From Castellaniella sp. (lineage in GTDB: Bacteria; Pseudomonadota; Gammaproteobacteria; Burkholderiales; Burkholderiaceae_B): DNA of 64,000 bases. Location of the stretch: assembly GCF_036379515.1 (NCBI RefSeq), contig NZ_DASVGN010000036.1:3007-67006 (forward strand), in the 5' to 3' direction. This document shows, one piece after another, positions 10,001-18,445 of this stretch. Both the position numbers and the translations under genes were made by a program. The notes under the pieces were generated by a model. The model was not told where the DNA came from, made no database searches, and worked only from the letters and a program-made list of their open reading frames with translations. How positions within the stretch are numbered: position 1 is the stretch's first letter; each line of letters opens with the position of its first letter.

Positions 10001-10595
10001 CGATCAGCCGATAATATGGGTCGACGTGCCCTGGGTGCAAAAAACAAAACTAATGAAGAACGGAGAATCATTTCCCCGATTTACAAACCAACTGGAGTTA
10101 CAAGCTTGTCGAAGAATTATTGAAGCAGCCCGTACAAGCACTTTTAATATGCCGACGATGGCCGTATTGTCACCCTACAGTCGCCAAGTGCGCGGGCTGG
10201 CGGAAAGCCTGGGAGAAGGTACGGCCCACTCTGAACTGTCGAAATTTCGGCTACCGCCTGGCCACAAGGCCTATTGCAATACTGTGGACTCGTTCCAGGG
10301 CAGCGAAGCCGACCTCGTGGTGATATCGCTAGTACGAAACAACGGCTATGGTGCCGTGCGCGCTGCGCTGGGGTTTTTAGCGGACGAACGTCGCATGAAC
10401 GTATTATTGAGTCGCGCGCGTTATCGCATGATAATTGTCGGAAGCCTCGATTTTCTTCGAGGGATCAGTTCCAATCCGCAAGATCGCAAGGAAGACATTG
10501 GCTTCATCAATAGGATTCTCGAGTTCTTTGACGACAAAAACCCCAATGAATTTGTTACCGTTGTACCTGTCGATCAACTGGGAGTGACGCCATGA
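7005..10595 (+). CDS. Kinase-like (degenerate) N-terminal domain fused to an Upf1-like SF1 helicase; MkoA-like component of a type I Mokosh-like system (alternative start ATG 7044 with GGAAGG RBS)
   Basis: Kinase-like landmarks: LLIK(65)TW, EIRQLNRIL, LLH(172)RNLNTWSVL, TGFE(193-196). SF1 helicase motifs: GPPGVGKT (nt 8988-9011), TAQSHHAVD, IVEEAGKA, LMIGDHRQLPPF, HQHRMHPAI, VDSFQGSEADLVVIS, NVLLSRARYRMIIVG. G+C is lower than the flanks. Confidence 0.85.
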   Translation: MIKIDIKKRGRPCMRQKLKLSVSPRSEFLTKFGSSIKQVKAAEKKNGTPALRLGIDENGTQLLIKTWPHVPGAGDTDLREIWHHEIRQLNRILGTRGVGDIIAELEESHVDEQGYHLTIRTEQRQPLESILRKNERLQHATRFSVNGRHLLWANFLRLAKGLDLLHLQGLLHRNLNTWSVLTADTNEPDFQLTGFEWSMRIVGLNASDKSYAPGTQGSHYSFSRDWHALGELAVKLFDINPARITNTTIPIYEVAENLTAAEARLIRQLLQILPTQQLYGKVVIAAIEKIIMSLQAAIQREELLYHLVVPVVSNNTLVDDIREASDYQIEAGDENAQLEFIENDLTNPTALLLSDDRLAIRGSLLTYYLQDFRRTREKIPSNWEVAYCASTSITRNSSPNPVNARPLLANALQLTPLSKSKTMFRGRARGTSWRTLRAQLKPTRQADARASNLYRALALTQMLDYALAASDVFPVKLVGNSRIDNHSGQHQITLESRHDDELDKLSQALELKDPPATRLREMLTSDKTADDRKTNWWLSSVPTIGDRQANPNEWQFRQEAAGPRGEQQYLFIGENPPPAGPEFFLVPSDSTGRDSQLERRIKSLAVLGEHRELSRMLIDPRRRVIDSNESVNVDDGFSELDASKQVALRKIVGTLPLFMLQGPPGVGKTRLVRELVRQRLEVDQTTRMLLTAQSHHAVDHLLHEVVGALSQEVSEDAVVIRCTTPDRMDTHNRFDVSNQTKNLLAGLRTSALCRDASEALQNKVHSLCATFELEGTEGTQQAAPNAKRALESLMLQSANLLFATANSGDIQGLIEDRSQFDWTIVEEAGKATGMELIAPMLLSPRRLMIGDHRQLPPFGEERTLSLLERPTAVKKALEMIDPIVGRALRGSIVDEVFNDLRVQDDQFDQNEFVKLCQDAGNLFSLFSSSIQQEYSRLERNPKSRPIAAALTHQHRMHPAIAAVVSHAFYEDKLLTDPQAAERFTQQPSLLAWEESAKLPDQPIIWVDVPWVQKTKLMKNGESFPRFTNQLELQACRRIIEAARTSTFNMPTMAVLSPYSRQVRGLAESLGEGTAHSELSKFRLPPGHKAYCNTVDSFQGSEADLVVISLVRNNGYGAVRAALGFLADERRMNVLLSRARYRMIIVGSLDFLRGISSNPQDRKEDIGFINRILEFFDDKNPNEFVTVVPVDQLGVTP

Positions 10596-12361
10596 AAACC
10601 GTGAAAGTATTTCTTCCGGTCCTCAGAGGGCGGATTTCTTTTATTGTGGATCGAGGTCGCCAGTGGAGCGTGGTAGAGCACCTACTTCTGGACGCGCTCA
10701 CGCGTCGCGAATGGTCCACAAGTGCGCTGGCAGAACACGGCAATTTGCCGCGGCGAGTCGTCATTGAAGCACTTGTGCGATTGATGCGTGCGGGGTGGGT
10801 CGAACTCAGCGTGGAAAAAGGCGACGTCAATTTTCGTGCGACCGAAATTGGCAAGGTGGCCGCTACGCACAATGAATTACCGAAGCTATCGGATCTTCAG
10901 AAGCGCCCAACCAACTATATTCTCGACATGGTATGTGGCGAGATTTTTCGCAACAGGGATTTGCTGACGCAATCCAAAGAGGAAATTAAGAAAATACACG
11001 ATCCCGGGAATTGCGTGTGGGTAGAACCGCGTGATTGGCACACCGAGGTGGACGTCAATGAAGCTCTGCAGGTTCTGCTGGACAATGACGAAACTTTCGT
11101 GACCGGACAACCCGGCGGGATCTTTCGACGCTGGATCATGGTGGTAGTCCGCGGAGGTCGAGTCGTATCTGGTTTACCGGAAAATCGCACCCTGGACAAA
11201 CTTCGTGCGGTCGTGCTGCAAGCAGCAGATGACGCAGAGGACGAAAACGCTGTTCATGTGACACCGACGGACGAACATGAACTCGAGCGCATCCAACTGC
11301 CCCAGGCAGCTGTCTGGGACATTGGCTTTAGCCTGAAGGATCTCGTGCTGGGCGGTCCGGCGCATCGCAAGAGCCTGCTGCATATGCTGGAGACTGCTAA
11401 GACGCACCTCTATATACATTCAACATTTATTAGCGCTGAACGAGTATTAAATCTCTTGACACCCATTCAGGATGCGATCAACCGTGGAGTGCATATTCAT
11501 ATCTTCTGGGGACAAAACGAGGAATTTGAAGAGCTCTCCACGACACGCACCGCTATCGGCAATCTTCGCAAACACCCTCAGATTCAGGCGCTGGCTGAGC
11601 ACCTGACGTTTCACCCACATTCAACAGGATCGCATGCCAAATTATTGCTGGCCGATGCCGGAACCAACGGTGAATATATAGCGGTTTTGGGCTCGTGCAA
11701 TTGGCTCACCAGTGGCTTCGAGTCCTATGAGGCGTCTGTGGTTCTGCGCGACCCTAGGATGGTGGACGAAGTCGTGCGCTGCTTTGGGCGCTTGGTTTGT
11801 ATGCATGACGGGTTGTGGTCAGAGCTGGCGGGGGACGTCGTCCGGATCTCAGACAGTTTGAAGAATGCTCCTTTGCCCAGGGTGACTGGACAAGGTAGCA
11901 TCATCTCCGGCGCCCAGCACAACCATCTGGTGCTATGCGCACGCGATGAGGCTCGCCAGTCCATCCTTCTTGCGAGCCACCGGCTTGGTGTGGCGGCAGG
12001 TCCCGGTATTCTCGCGCCGTTGCAGAGCGCGGCTGCTGCAATGCCACAGCTTGCAGTCGAAGTCTACTATTGTAGAAAAACTGCCCCCGTTCGCAAGAAA
12101 GATGAACGGCACCTCACGGAAGCGGCTTTAAGCTCAGGCGTAAGCTTGACGCCGATCCAGTCACCACGGGTTCATGCCAAGATACTGGTTTGGGACGACA
12201 ATAATGCAGTGATTACTTCCTTGAACTGGCTCTCCGCCGATCAGACTCAAAGCTCGAGCCTTTCCGAAATCGGAGTTCATCTAAGGGTCGCGGGCATTGG
12301 CCGGTATATTTCGGAGCATCTGCGGGCCGAGATTCAATTAGCCGAAACCGCTGGGTCCTAG
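10592..12361 (+). CDS. Double-HKD phospholipase-D-family nuclease with a winged-helix-like N-terminus; MkoB-like component
   Basis: The start overlaps the upstream stop (ATGA at 10592-10595). HKD motif 1 is HAKLLLAD...GSCNW (nt 11633-11656). HKD motif 2 is HAKILVWD...TSLNW (nt 12173-12196). Both fit HxK(x)4D. Confidence 0.85.
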   Translation: MKTVKVFLPVLRGRISFIVDRGRQWSVVEHLLLDALTRREWSTSALAEHGNLPRRVVIEALVRLMRAGWVELSVEKGDVNFRATEIGKVAATHNELPKLSDLQKRPTNYILDMVCGEIFRNRDLLTQSKEEIKKIHDPGNCVWVEPRDWHTEVDVNEALQVLLDNDETFVTGQPGGIFRRWIMVVVRGGRVVSGLPENRTLDKLRAVVLQAADDAEDENAVHVTPTDEHELERIQLPQAAVWDIGFSLKDLVLGGPAHRKSLLHMLETAKTHLYIHSTFISAERVLNLLTPIQDAINRGVHIHIFWGQNEEFEELSTTRTAIGNLRKHPQIQALAEHLTFHPHSTGSHAKLLLADAGTNGEYIAVLGSCNWLTSGFESYEASVVLRDPRMVDEVVRCFGRLVCMHDGLWSELAGDVVRISDSLKNAPLPRVTGQGSIISGAQHNHLVLCARDEARQSILLASHRLGVAAGPGILAPLQSAAAAMPQLAVEVYYCRKTAPVRKKDERHLTEAALSSGVSLTPIQSPRVHAKILVWDDNNAVITSLNWLSADQTQSSSLSEIGVHLRVAGIGRYISEHLRAEIQLAETAGS

Positions 12362-12608
12362 CCTGCCGTCCACCTACTGGCTAATGCTAAGCGTGAACCG
12401 GTCTGGCGACTGCGACCGGCCCTAGCGCCGCAAAACCGACGCCTGTGGGTGAAAGTAGAACGGCAACAATGGGTCGAAAACAGCCATCCACAATTCCTGT
12501 GGACAACTCTGTGTAGTCCCGCTTCCCTTCCCTCCCAACAGCCAGCACTAGCGCGCCTTTCGCGCCTGCTGGCTGATTTTTTACCATCCCCCACTTCCCG
12601 GAGCACCC

Positions 12609-15509
12609 ATGATCTCGCATAGCCAGATCTATCGGGCCCGCGCGGCCCTTGCGACCCATTACTATGCCGACCAGGCCGACGACTACTACAGCCGCGATGG
12701 CAGCGCCGCAACCTGGCAGGGCGATGGTGCCCGGCGTCTGGGTGCCGTCGGCGCCATCGATCCCGCCCGGTTCAAAGCCATGCTTCAGGGCGATTTTGGC
12801 TACGGCATTACGGCCAGTCAATCCGTACGCAAGGACGCCAAGGCCCGCGCGGCGCTGGACCTGACCTTCGGCGCTCCCAAAAGCATCACGCTACAGGCAC
12901 TGATAGGTGGCGACGAGCGCCTGATCCAGGCGAACGATGATGCCGTAACCACGGCCCTGACTTACGTTGAGCAGCACCTGGCCATGGGTCGCAGGAAGGA
13001 AAGCGGCAAGTCGCGGGTGGAGCACACGGGCAATCTCATCATCGCCAAGTTTCGCCACGAAACGGCCCGGCCCACCGAGGATGCCGCGCCGGACCCGCAT
13101 CTGCACATCCACGCGCTGCTCATGAACCTGACGCAGCGAGCTGACGGTCAGTGGGTGGCACTCTCGAACGAACAGATCTTCCAGCTGCTGCGGGTGACAG
13201 ACTCCATCTACCAGGCAACGCTAGAGCGCAACGTCCGGGCGCTGGGCTACGCCGTGCGCCACGAGAAGAACCATATTGAGCTTGCCCACATCAGCCGGGA
13301 GCAGATCGAATTCTTCAGCAAGCGCAGCGCGGGCATCACAGCGGAGCTCGCCGCACGCGGCACCAGCCGCGACCAGGCTCCGCACGCACTGCGCCAGGGC
13401 ATCACCCTTGCCCACCGGCAGCAGAAGACTCAAGCCTACAGCCGGGCCGGGCTTCAACAGGAATGGCAGGCATCGGCCCAAGCCATCGGCATGCGGTTTG
13501 ACCAGACGGGCCTGCAGGCGACCATCCAGCCTCAGCAGGACACCAGCAAAGATTCCGATCTGGTCGCCCAGGCATCGCTGGACTGGGCGATCCAGCATTT
13601 GGCCGAGCGTGAATCCGTCATGCCGCTGGCCGATCTGCTGCAAAGCGCCGTGCGCCACGCGGGTGGCCATACGGATGTCACCGCCATCCAGTCGGCCATC
13701 CACGCACGGGTACAGGCGGGGATTCTCATCCAGGAAGCCGCGCACTATCGCAGCACCCAGGACATGAAGGCCGCGCCCATGACCCGCGACGGTTGGGCGA
13801 CTGAGGTCGTGCGCCTGCGCGGGGTCTCGCATGACGCCGCCCTGCAACTGGTTGATCAGGCCATCACCCAAGGACGGCTCTTGATGGAAAGCCCGCGCTA
13901 CGCCACACGCAAGGCCTATGAGGCAGAATCCCGGATCCTGACTGCTGAAGCCAGCGGCCGCAGCACCTGGCAGGCCCCCATCACCAGCACCGTGGCCGAA
14001 TCCGGGCTGGATGAACGCCTGACCCCAGGCCAGCGCGAAGCCGTGATGCTGATTGCCAGCGACACCGACCAGATCGTCGGCATCCAGGGCCTGGCCGGTA
14101 CGGGCAAATCCTTTGCCCTGCAAAACGCCCAGGCCATCCTGCAGCAACAGGGCCACAGCCTGGTAGCGCTCGCCCCCTATGGTGGCATGGTACGGAATCT
14201 GCGCAAGGACGGCGTGCCCGCCAATACCGTGGCCTCGGTTCTGACTGCCCGTGACAAGCGCCCCTTCACCACCCAGCTGGGCCCGCAGACCGTGGTGGTG
14301 ATCGACGAAGCCGGAGTCGTGCCCGTGCGCCAGATGGACAGACTGCTGGCGCTCATCCAGCCCACCGGCGCAAAGGTGGTACTGCTGGGCGACACGGCCC
14401 AGACCAAGGCCATCGAGGCCGGCCGCGCCTTTGCCATGCTGCAGGAACACGGCATGAAGACCGTGCTCATGGGCGACATCCAGCGCCAGCGCTCTGAACG
14501 GCTGCGCCAGGCCGTGCAGTTGGCCGCCCATGGCCATGCCAGCCGCTCCCTGCCCTTGCTGGATCGGGTGCTGACCATTCCAGATCAGTTCGCCGTCGAT
14601 GAACATGGTCAGAAGGCGCGCGACAGCTCGGCCCGGTATGAGGCCATCGCCCAAGCCTATGTGGGGGTGCCCACCGATCAGCAGGCCGCCACCATCGTCG
14701 TGACCGGCACCAATGCCTCGCGCCAGGCGATCAATGCCCGTATCCACGCCCTGCGCGGCCTGGAAGGCAAGGGCCAGCACTGCCAGCTACTGTCCCGCCA
14801 CGACACGACACGGGCCGAACGCAGTGTCGCCCGGTATTACACCGTGGGCGACATCGTCGTGCCGGAACGCGATTACCAGTGCGGCCTGAAGCGCGGCGAA
14901 ATGTACCGGGTGACCAGCATCCCCCGTCATGACCGCATCACGGTGCAGGCGGTGGACTCCAGCACGTTGAAGCCTGAACTCATTGAAATCATCCCTCGGA
15001 CCATGGGCAAGCTCTCGGTCTACCACCTGAACGAATCCGAGCTGTCCATGGGCGACCAGGTACGCATCACGCGCAACGATGCCCAGCATGACCTGGTTAA
15101 CGGCCAACTGGCGAAGGTCGTCGCCATCGAGGCCGCCACCGTCACCATCGAGACAGGCGATCGCCACATCACCCTGCCTACCGACCGACCACTACATCTG
15201 GACTATGCGTACACCACCACGGCACACAGCGCTCAGGGTCTGACCTGCGACCGCGTGCTGTACAACGCGGAAAGTTTCAGCCGCACCACGGCCCAGGATA
15301 CCTACTACGTCAGCATCTCGCGCGAGCGGCATAAGGTCATGGTGTTCACGGATGATGCCGACAAGCTGCCCGAACGGGTGGACCGACTGGGGTTCAAGGG
15401 GCTGGCGCATGACCTGGCCCAGGCGCACGTCGAAAGCCCTGCTCCACACCTGCACCGACCTGATGTGACACTGGAACGGGAGGCAGAATCCTCAATGGAG
15501 ATCAGCTGA
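12609..15509 (+). CDS. trwC: MOBF-family relaxase/helicase (TrwC/TraI-like)
   Basis: The N-terminus (HYYADQADDYYSRDGSAATWQGDGARRLG) and the His triad (HETARPTEDAAPDPHLHIH) are typical of TrwC relaxases. The RecD-like helicase part has Walker A GLAGTGKSF. Length is 966 aa. GGAG RBS upstream. Confidence 0.9.
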   Translation: MISHSQIYRARAALATHYYADQADDYYSRDGSAATWQGDGARRLGAVGAIDPARFKAMLQGDFGYGITASQSVRKDAKARAALDLTFGAPKSITLQALIGGDERLIQANDDAVTTALTYVEQHLAMGRRKESGKSRVEHTGNLIIAKFRHETARPTEDAAPDPHLHIHALLMNLTQRADGQWVALSNEQIFQLLRVTDSIYQATLERNVRALGYAVRHEKNHIELAHISREQIEFFSKRSAGITAELAARGTSRDQAPHALRQGITLAHRQQKTQAYSRAGLQQEWQASAQAIGMRFDQTGLQATIQPQQDTSKDSDLVAQASLDWAIQHLAERESVMPLADLLQSAVRHAGGHTDVTAIQSAIHARVQAGILIQEAAHYRSTQDMKAAPMTRDGWATEVVRLRGVSHDAALQLVDQAITQGRLLMESPRYATRKAYEAESRILTAEASGRSTWQAPITSTVAESGLDERLTPGQREAVMLIASDTDQIVGIQGLAGTGKSFALQNAQAILQQQGHSLVALAPYGGMVRNLRKDGVPANTVASVLTARDKRPFTTQLGPQTVVVIDEAGVVPVRQMDRLLALIQPTGAKVVLLGDTAQTKAIEAGRAFAMLQEHGMKTVLMGDIQRQRSERLRQAVQLAAHGHASRSLPLLDRVLTIPDQFAVDEHGQKARDSSARYEAIAQAYVGVPTDQQAATIVVTGTNASRQAINARIHALRGLEGKGQHCQLLSRHDTTRAERSVARYYTVGDIVVPERDYQCGLKRGEMYRVTSIPRHDRITVQAVDSSTLKPELIEIIPRTMGKLSVYHLNESELSMGDQVRITRNDAQHDLVNGQLAKVVAIEAATVTIETGDRHITLPTDRPLHLDYAYTTTAHSAQGLTCDRVLYNAESFSRTTAQDTYYVSISRERHKVMVFTDDADKLPERVDRLGFKGLAHDLAQAHVESPAPHLHRPDVTLEREAESSMEIS

Positions 15510-15850
15510 CGCCATTCCGCAGCAAAACCGTCTGCCGGACGCCCGCCGGGTGTCCCCAAACTGCATCCGTCTTGTCGCTGATTTGCCCGGCAACTGTCAC
15601 CATATCGTCTTGTCTCCGTATGCTGCCCGTATCCACAGCGTACCCAGCATGTCCCCAAGGTGAAATTTCCTGTCCTGGTCTGAATGTCTACGCGCCATTC
15701 GGCCACAGTCGTGGCCGCCATTCCTCCCGTCGGATCAATGGCTTGCGCCATTCCAGTGCCCTATCTGTCCTACATTACCAGAACCAGCCCGTTCCGGGCA
15801 AGCCATTGATCCGCAACGCCTTTCCTCACCCCGCCAGGGGTGCGTCATGT
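15510..15850 (+). other. Candidate oriT region (low confidence)
   Basis: Non-coding DNA directly 3' of the relaxase gene. GCCATTC occurs at least four times. A perfect 15-bp inverted repeat GGATCAATGGCTTGC has arms at 15732-15746 and 15798-15812. CGTCTTGTC occurs twice (15569, 15606), and the second copy, GTCTTGTCT, resembles the IncW-type nic core GTATTGTCT as recalled. Confidence 0.3.
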
Positions 15851-16243
15851 GTGGGACGTTTAAGGCCACAAATGAGCGGCAGTGAATTTGGGGACTGAAC
15901 GGCCCAGCCTGGCCGGAAACCGGGCAGGCGGCGTCACAGCACAGGGCCCCAGGCGAAGCCTGGGAACGAACCAGGCATCAGCACCCGGTAGGCCACAGGA
16001 CAGATCCAGGATGGCCAGCATCAGGCCCACCAGCAGCAGCCCGGAAAACGCAACAAGGCCCGGACAATGCCGGGCCAATGTGCAATGCAGGATCTGGACG
16101 GGATCACCCGGCCAGGATCACGCAGTTTCTCAAAACGAAATATCCGATATTTCCAGCGCTGCAGAGCCGGCCGTCGGGGTAGTGGCCGCAGTTCGGCCGC
16201 TGCACCCCTTCGTCCTACCTACCGCTGCCTTCGCCTCCCTCGC

Positions 16244-16552
16244 CTAGCCGCCAGGCAGGCCCCCACAGCCCATCGGGCAGCAGTCGGGCTCCAAGCCGTG
16301 GCTGCATAGCCCTTGGGACTTCAGCTCCCGGTCCAGCTGGGCCAGGCCGTCTCTATCCAGATACCCGGCATCCTCTGCCATTGAAATGGCCTCGGCCCTG
16401 AATTCGTGCGGTACATCGCCCAGTAAAACCTCTATGTCGAAGCTGAAATTACGCTGAAAAACTTCGTAGGCGCAGCCGCAGCGGGCAATATGGCGGTTGC
16501 TGGCTGCGGTCACCTTGGCACCCCATGCGGCCCCGAACTCGTCTTTCGTCAT
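16244..16552 (-). CDS. Hypothetical small protein with a Cys-rich C-terminus
   Basis: 102-aa ORF, ATG 16552 with AGGAGA about 7 nt upstream. It ends ...CSHGLEPDCCPMGCGG. It is the first gene after the candidate oriT and is preceded by repeat copy A. Confidence 0.55.
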   Translation of the reverse strand: MTKDEFGAAWGAKVTAASNRHIARCGCAYEVFQRNFSFDIEVLLGDVPHEFRAEAISMAEDAGYLDRDGLAQLDRELKSQGLCSHGLEPDCCPMGCGGLPGG

Positions 16553-16584
16553 GACTATCTCCTGAGAATTTGAAGTGGCTTTCC

Positions 16585-16935
16585 TGCTAACCGGATTCGA
16601 AGATTCTTGAGCCGGCTGGTAAAACCGGTGCCCGGGGATTGACCCTGGCTCCCGGTGTTGCCGCCGTCTTTCGTGAGTTCCGTCGCCGTGCCGTCGAGGA
16701 CCATGGAGCGCAGGTGCGGCGCGGGAGCGTGAAATAAATGGGGGGACCCGCTTGCGGGGGGAGGCCGTTTATGCCGCGAAAGCCCGCAGAGCGCCTGCGC
16801 GTAGTGGTACATGTCGGCGTCTTGGGCGGCGGGACTCACGAAAGACGGAGATCCGGCAGCTGCGAGGCTCTATCCCCGGATACCAGCCGCGCGGCGAGCG
16901 CCCCCAGCCGCAGCCAGGCTGCGGCTCAAACTCGG
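16585..16935 (+). repeat. Structured intergenic repeat, copy A (long imperfect hairpin)
   Basis: Shares the blocks CCGGATyCGAAGATTCTTGAGCCGG, GCCGCCGTCTTyCGTGAGTTCCGTCGCCGTGCCG and GCCGCGCGGCGAGCGCCCC with copy B and, more loosely, copy C. The arm 16664-16678 (CCGTCTTTCGTGAGT) is perfectly complementary to 16834-16848. Confidence 0.75.
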
Positions 16936-17040
16936 TGGCCAGCTGGCCTCATAGGATTGGCCGACGGCGCCATCTCCTCTGTCGCATGACATGTGGTGAC
17001 CACAGCCCGGCCAGGCCTACGCGCCTGACCGGGTTCTCTG

Positions 17041-17844
17041 TCAGGCGTCTGCGGCGTCGAGGTGCGCAATAACCTGCTTGGCGGCCCACGTCGCATTTTC
17101 GGTCAGCTGACGCACCCAGGCGCTGCGCATCGGACTCCAGCGAAAGCCGCAACGCTTCAGCACGTCGCGGGTGTCCTTGGCCGGTTTGCCGTCAAACAGG
17201 AACATGGCGCGGTTTTCCTGCGGATCTTCGCGATAGGTGTAGCCGTCTCCTGCCTGCTCGGTCTCGGTGCGCTCAGCCACACGCTGCAACTCCTTGATGC
17301 GGGCCATGATGCGGTGGATGTTGGCGTTGTTGTTCTGCAGCTGGAACGGGACAAAGCCGATGCGGTTCATATAGTCCGGGGTCACGAGTTCGCGGGCGCG
17401 TTCCGCGTAGGTGAGGCCGGAATCCACCAGAGCGGCCACCTGGGCATCGGCCCCAGCCTTGGCATGGCGACGCAAAATGGCGTTGATGGCCTTCATCGTT
17501 TCCTGAATGGCCTGCAGGCCGGCCAGCTTCGCCTGCAGTTTCTCGATGGCAGCTGGGTCGTCGCTGGAAATCCCGCCTTTGCCCACGGCGGCGGCCTTGT
17601 CGGCATAGTGCTCAGCCTTCTTCTGCAACTCGAAGGACTTTTCAAAGCATTGGCTGATTCGTTCCCGGTACCGGCGGTCGGATCGTTCCGAATGATGCCC
17701 CACCAGGATGGGCTGGCCCATGGGGATGGCATCGGCCATGCGGCTGGCCTGGGACGCGACCGCATCAGATTGTGCATGTGCCTGCCCTGCTCGTTCTTCA
17801 TAGCGGGCCTTGCGCGCTGCCTGCTTGGCTTCGTAGGTGTTCAT
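17041..17844 (-). CDS. DUF3560-like protein
   Basis: ATG 17844 with GGAGAA RBS. The sequence MNTYEAKQAARKARYEERA...PILVGHHSERSDRRYRERI...FRWSPMRSAWVRQ matches my recollection of the DUF3560 family common on plasmids and ICEs. The ORF-track start at 18081 runs into repeat B. Confidence 0.7.
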   Translation of the reverse strand: MNTYEAKQAARKARYEERAGQAHAQSDAVASQASRMADAIPMGQPILVGHHSERSDRRYRERISQCFEKSFELQKKAEHYADKAAAVGKGGISSDDPAAIEKLQAKLAGLQAIQETMKAINAILRRHAKAGADAQVAALVDSGLTYAERARELVTPDYMNRIGFVPFQLQNNNANIHRIMARIKELQRVAERTETEQAGDGYTYREDPQENRAMFLFDGKPAKDTRDVLKRCGFRWSPMRSAWVRQLTENATWAAKQVIAHLDAADA

Positions 17845-17879
17845 GGTCTGATTCTCCAAAACAAGGGTTGAACTGCTTT

Positions 17880-18240
17880 TCAGCTGACCGGATCCGAAGA
17901 TTCTTGAGCCGGAACGTAAATCCGCTGTGTGGGGTCTACGCTGGTTTCCCGGTCTTGCCGCCGTCTTCCGTGAGTTCCGTCGCCGTGCCGATCTGGACCA
18001 CGCAGCGCCGAACGGAAAGGGGCAGGCACGCAAGCCGCAGCCCGAAGCCGCAGGTGCAGGGACCGGGTGAGCACCTGGCAAAGCGCACCCCTTGCAGAGA
18101 GAAGCGAAAGTGGTACACGTCGGTGGTTTAGGCGGCGGGAGTCACGCAAGACGAAATAGCGGCCCGATCCAGGCGATGACCCTGCACGGCAGCCGCGCGG
18201 CGAGCGCCCCTAGCCCCGCACCCTGGGGCTCTGACTGGGC
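17880..18240 (+). repeat. Structured intergenic repeat, copy B
   Basis: Same conserved blocks as copy A. The arms 17961-17975 and 18140-18154 are complementary with 3 mismatches. Confidence 0.75.
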
Positions 18241-18445
18241 CATGGCCCGTATTCCAGCAGTGACCTTTGCCAGCGGCACCAGACGACAAGGCCGACTGGG
18301 GCACCCTGACCCGGTCGGCCTTGTTGCTTCATCCGTATCTGGCAAAACCGACTTCTCCCGGCTCCTGCTTCATGATCAGCCGATCATGCTCACATCCCCG
18401 CCTGCAGTCGGGCGGGGCGGATCCCCCGCCCTGCCCTGGTTCCTC

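Noticed and set aside
12487-12520. oriT-like site upstream of the relaxase: TCCACA-ATTCC-TGTGGA hairpin followed by CAACTCTGTGTAGTCCC
   Set aside because: The stem is short (6 bp) and the nic-like similarity is weak. It is plausible by position but less repeat-rich than 15510-15850. It cannot be excluded without a mobilisation assay.
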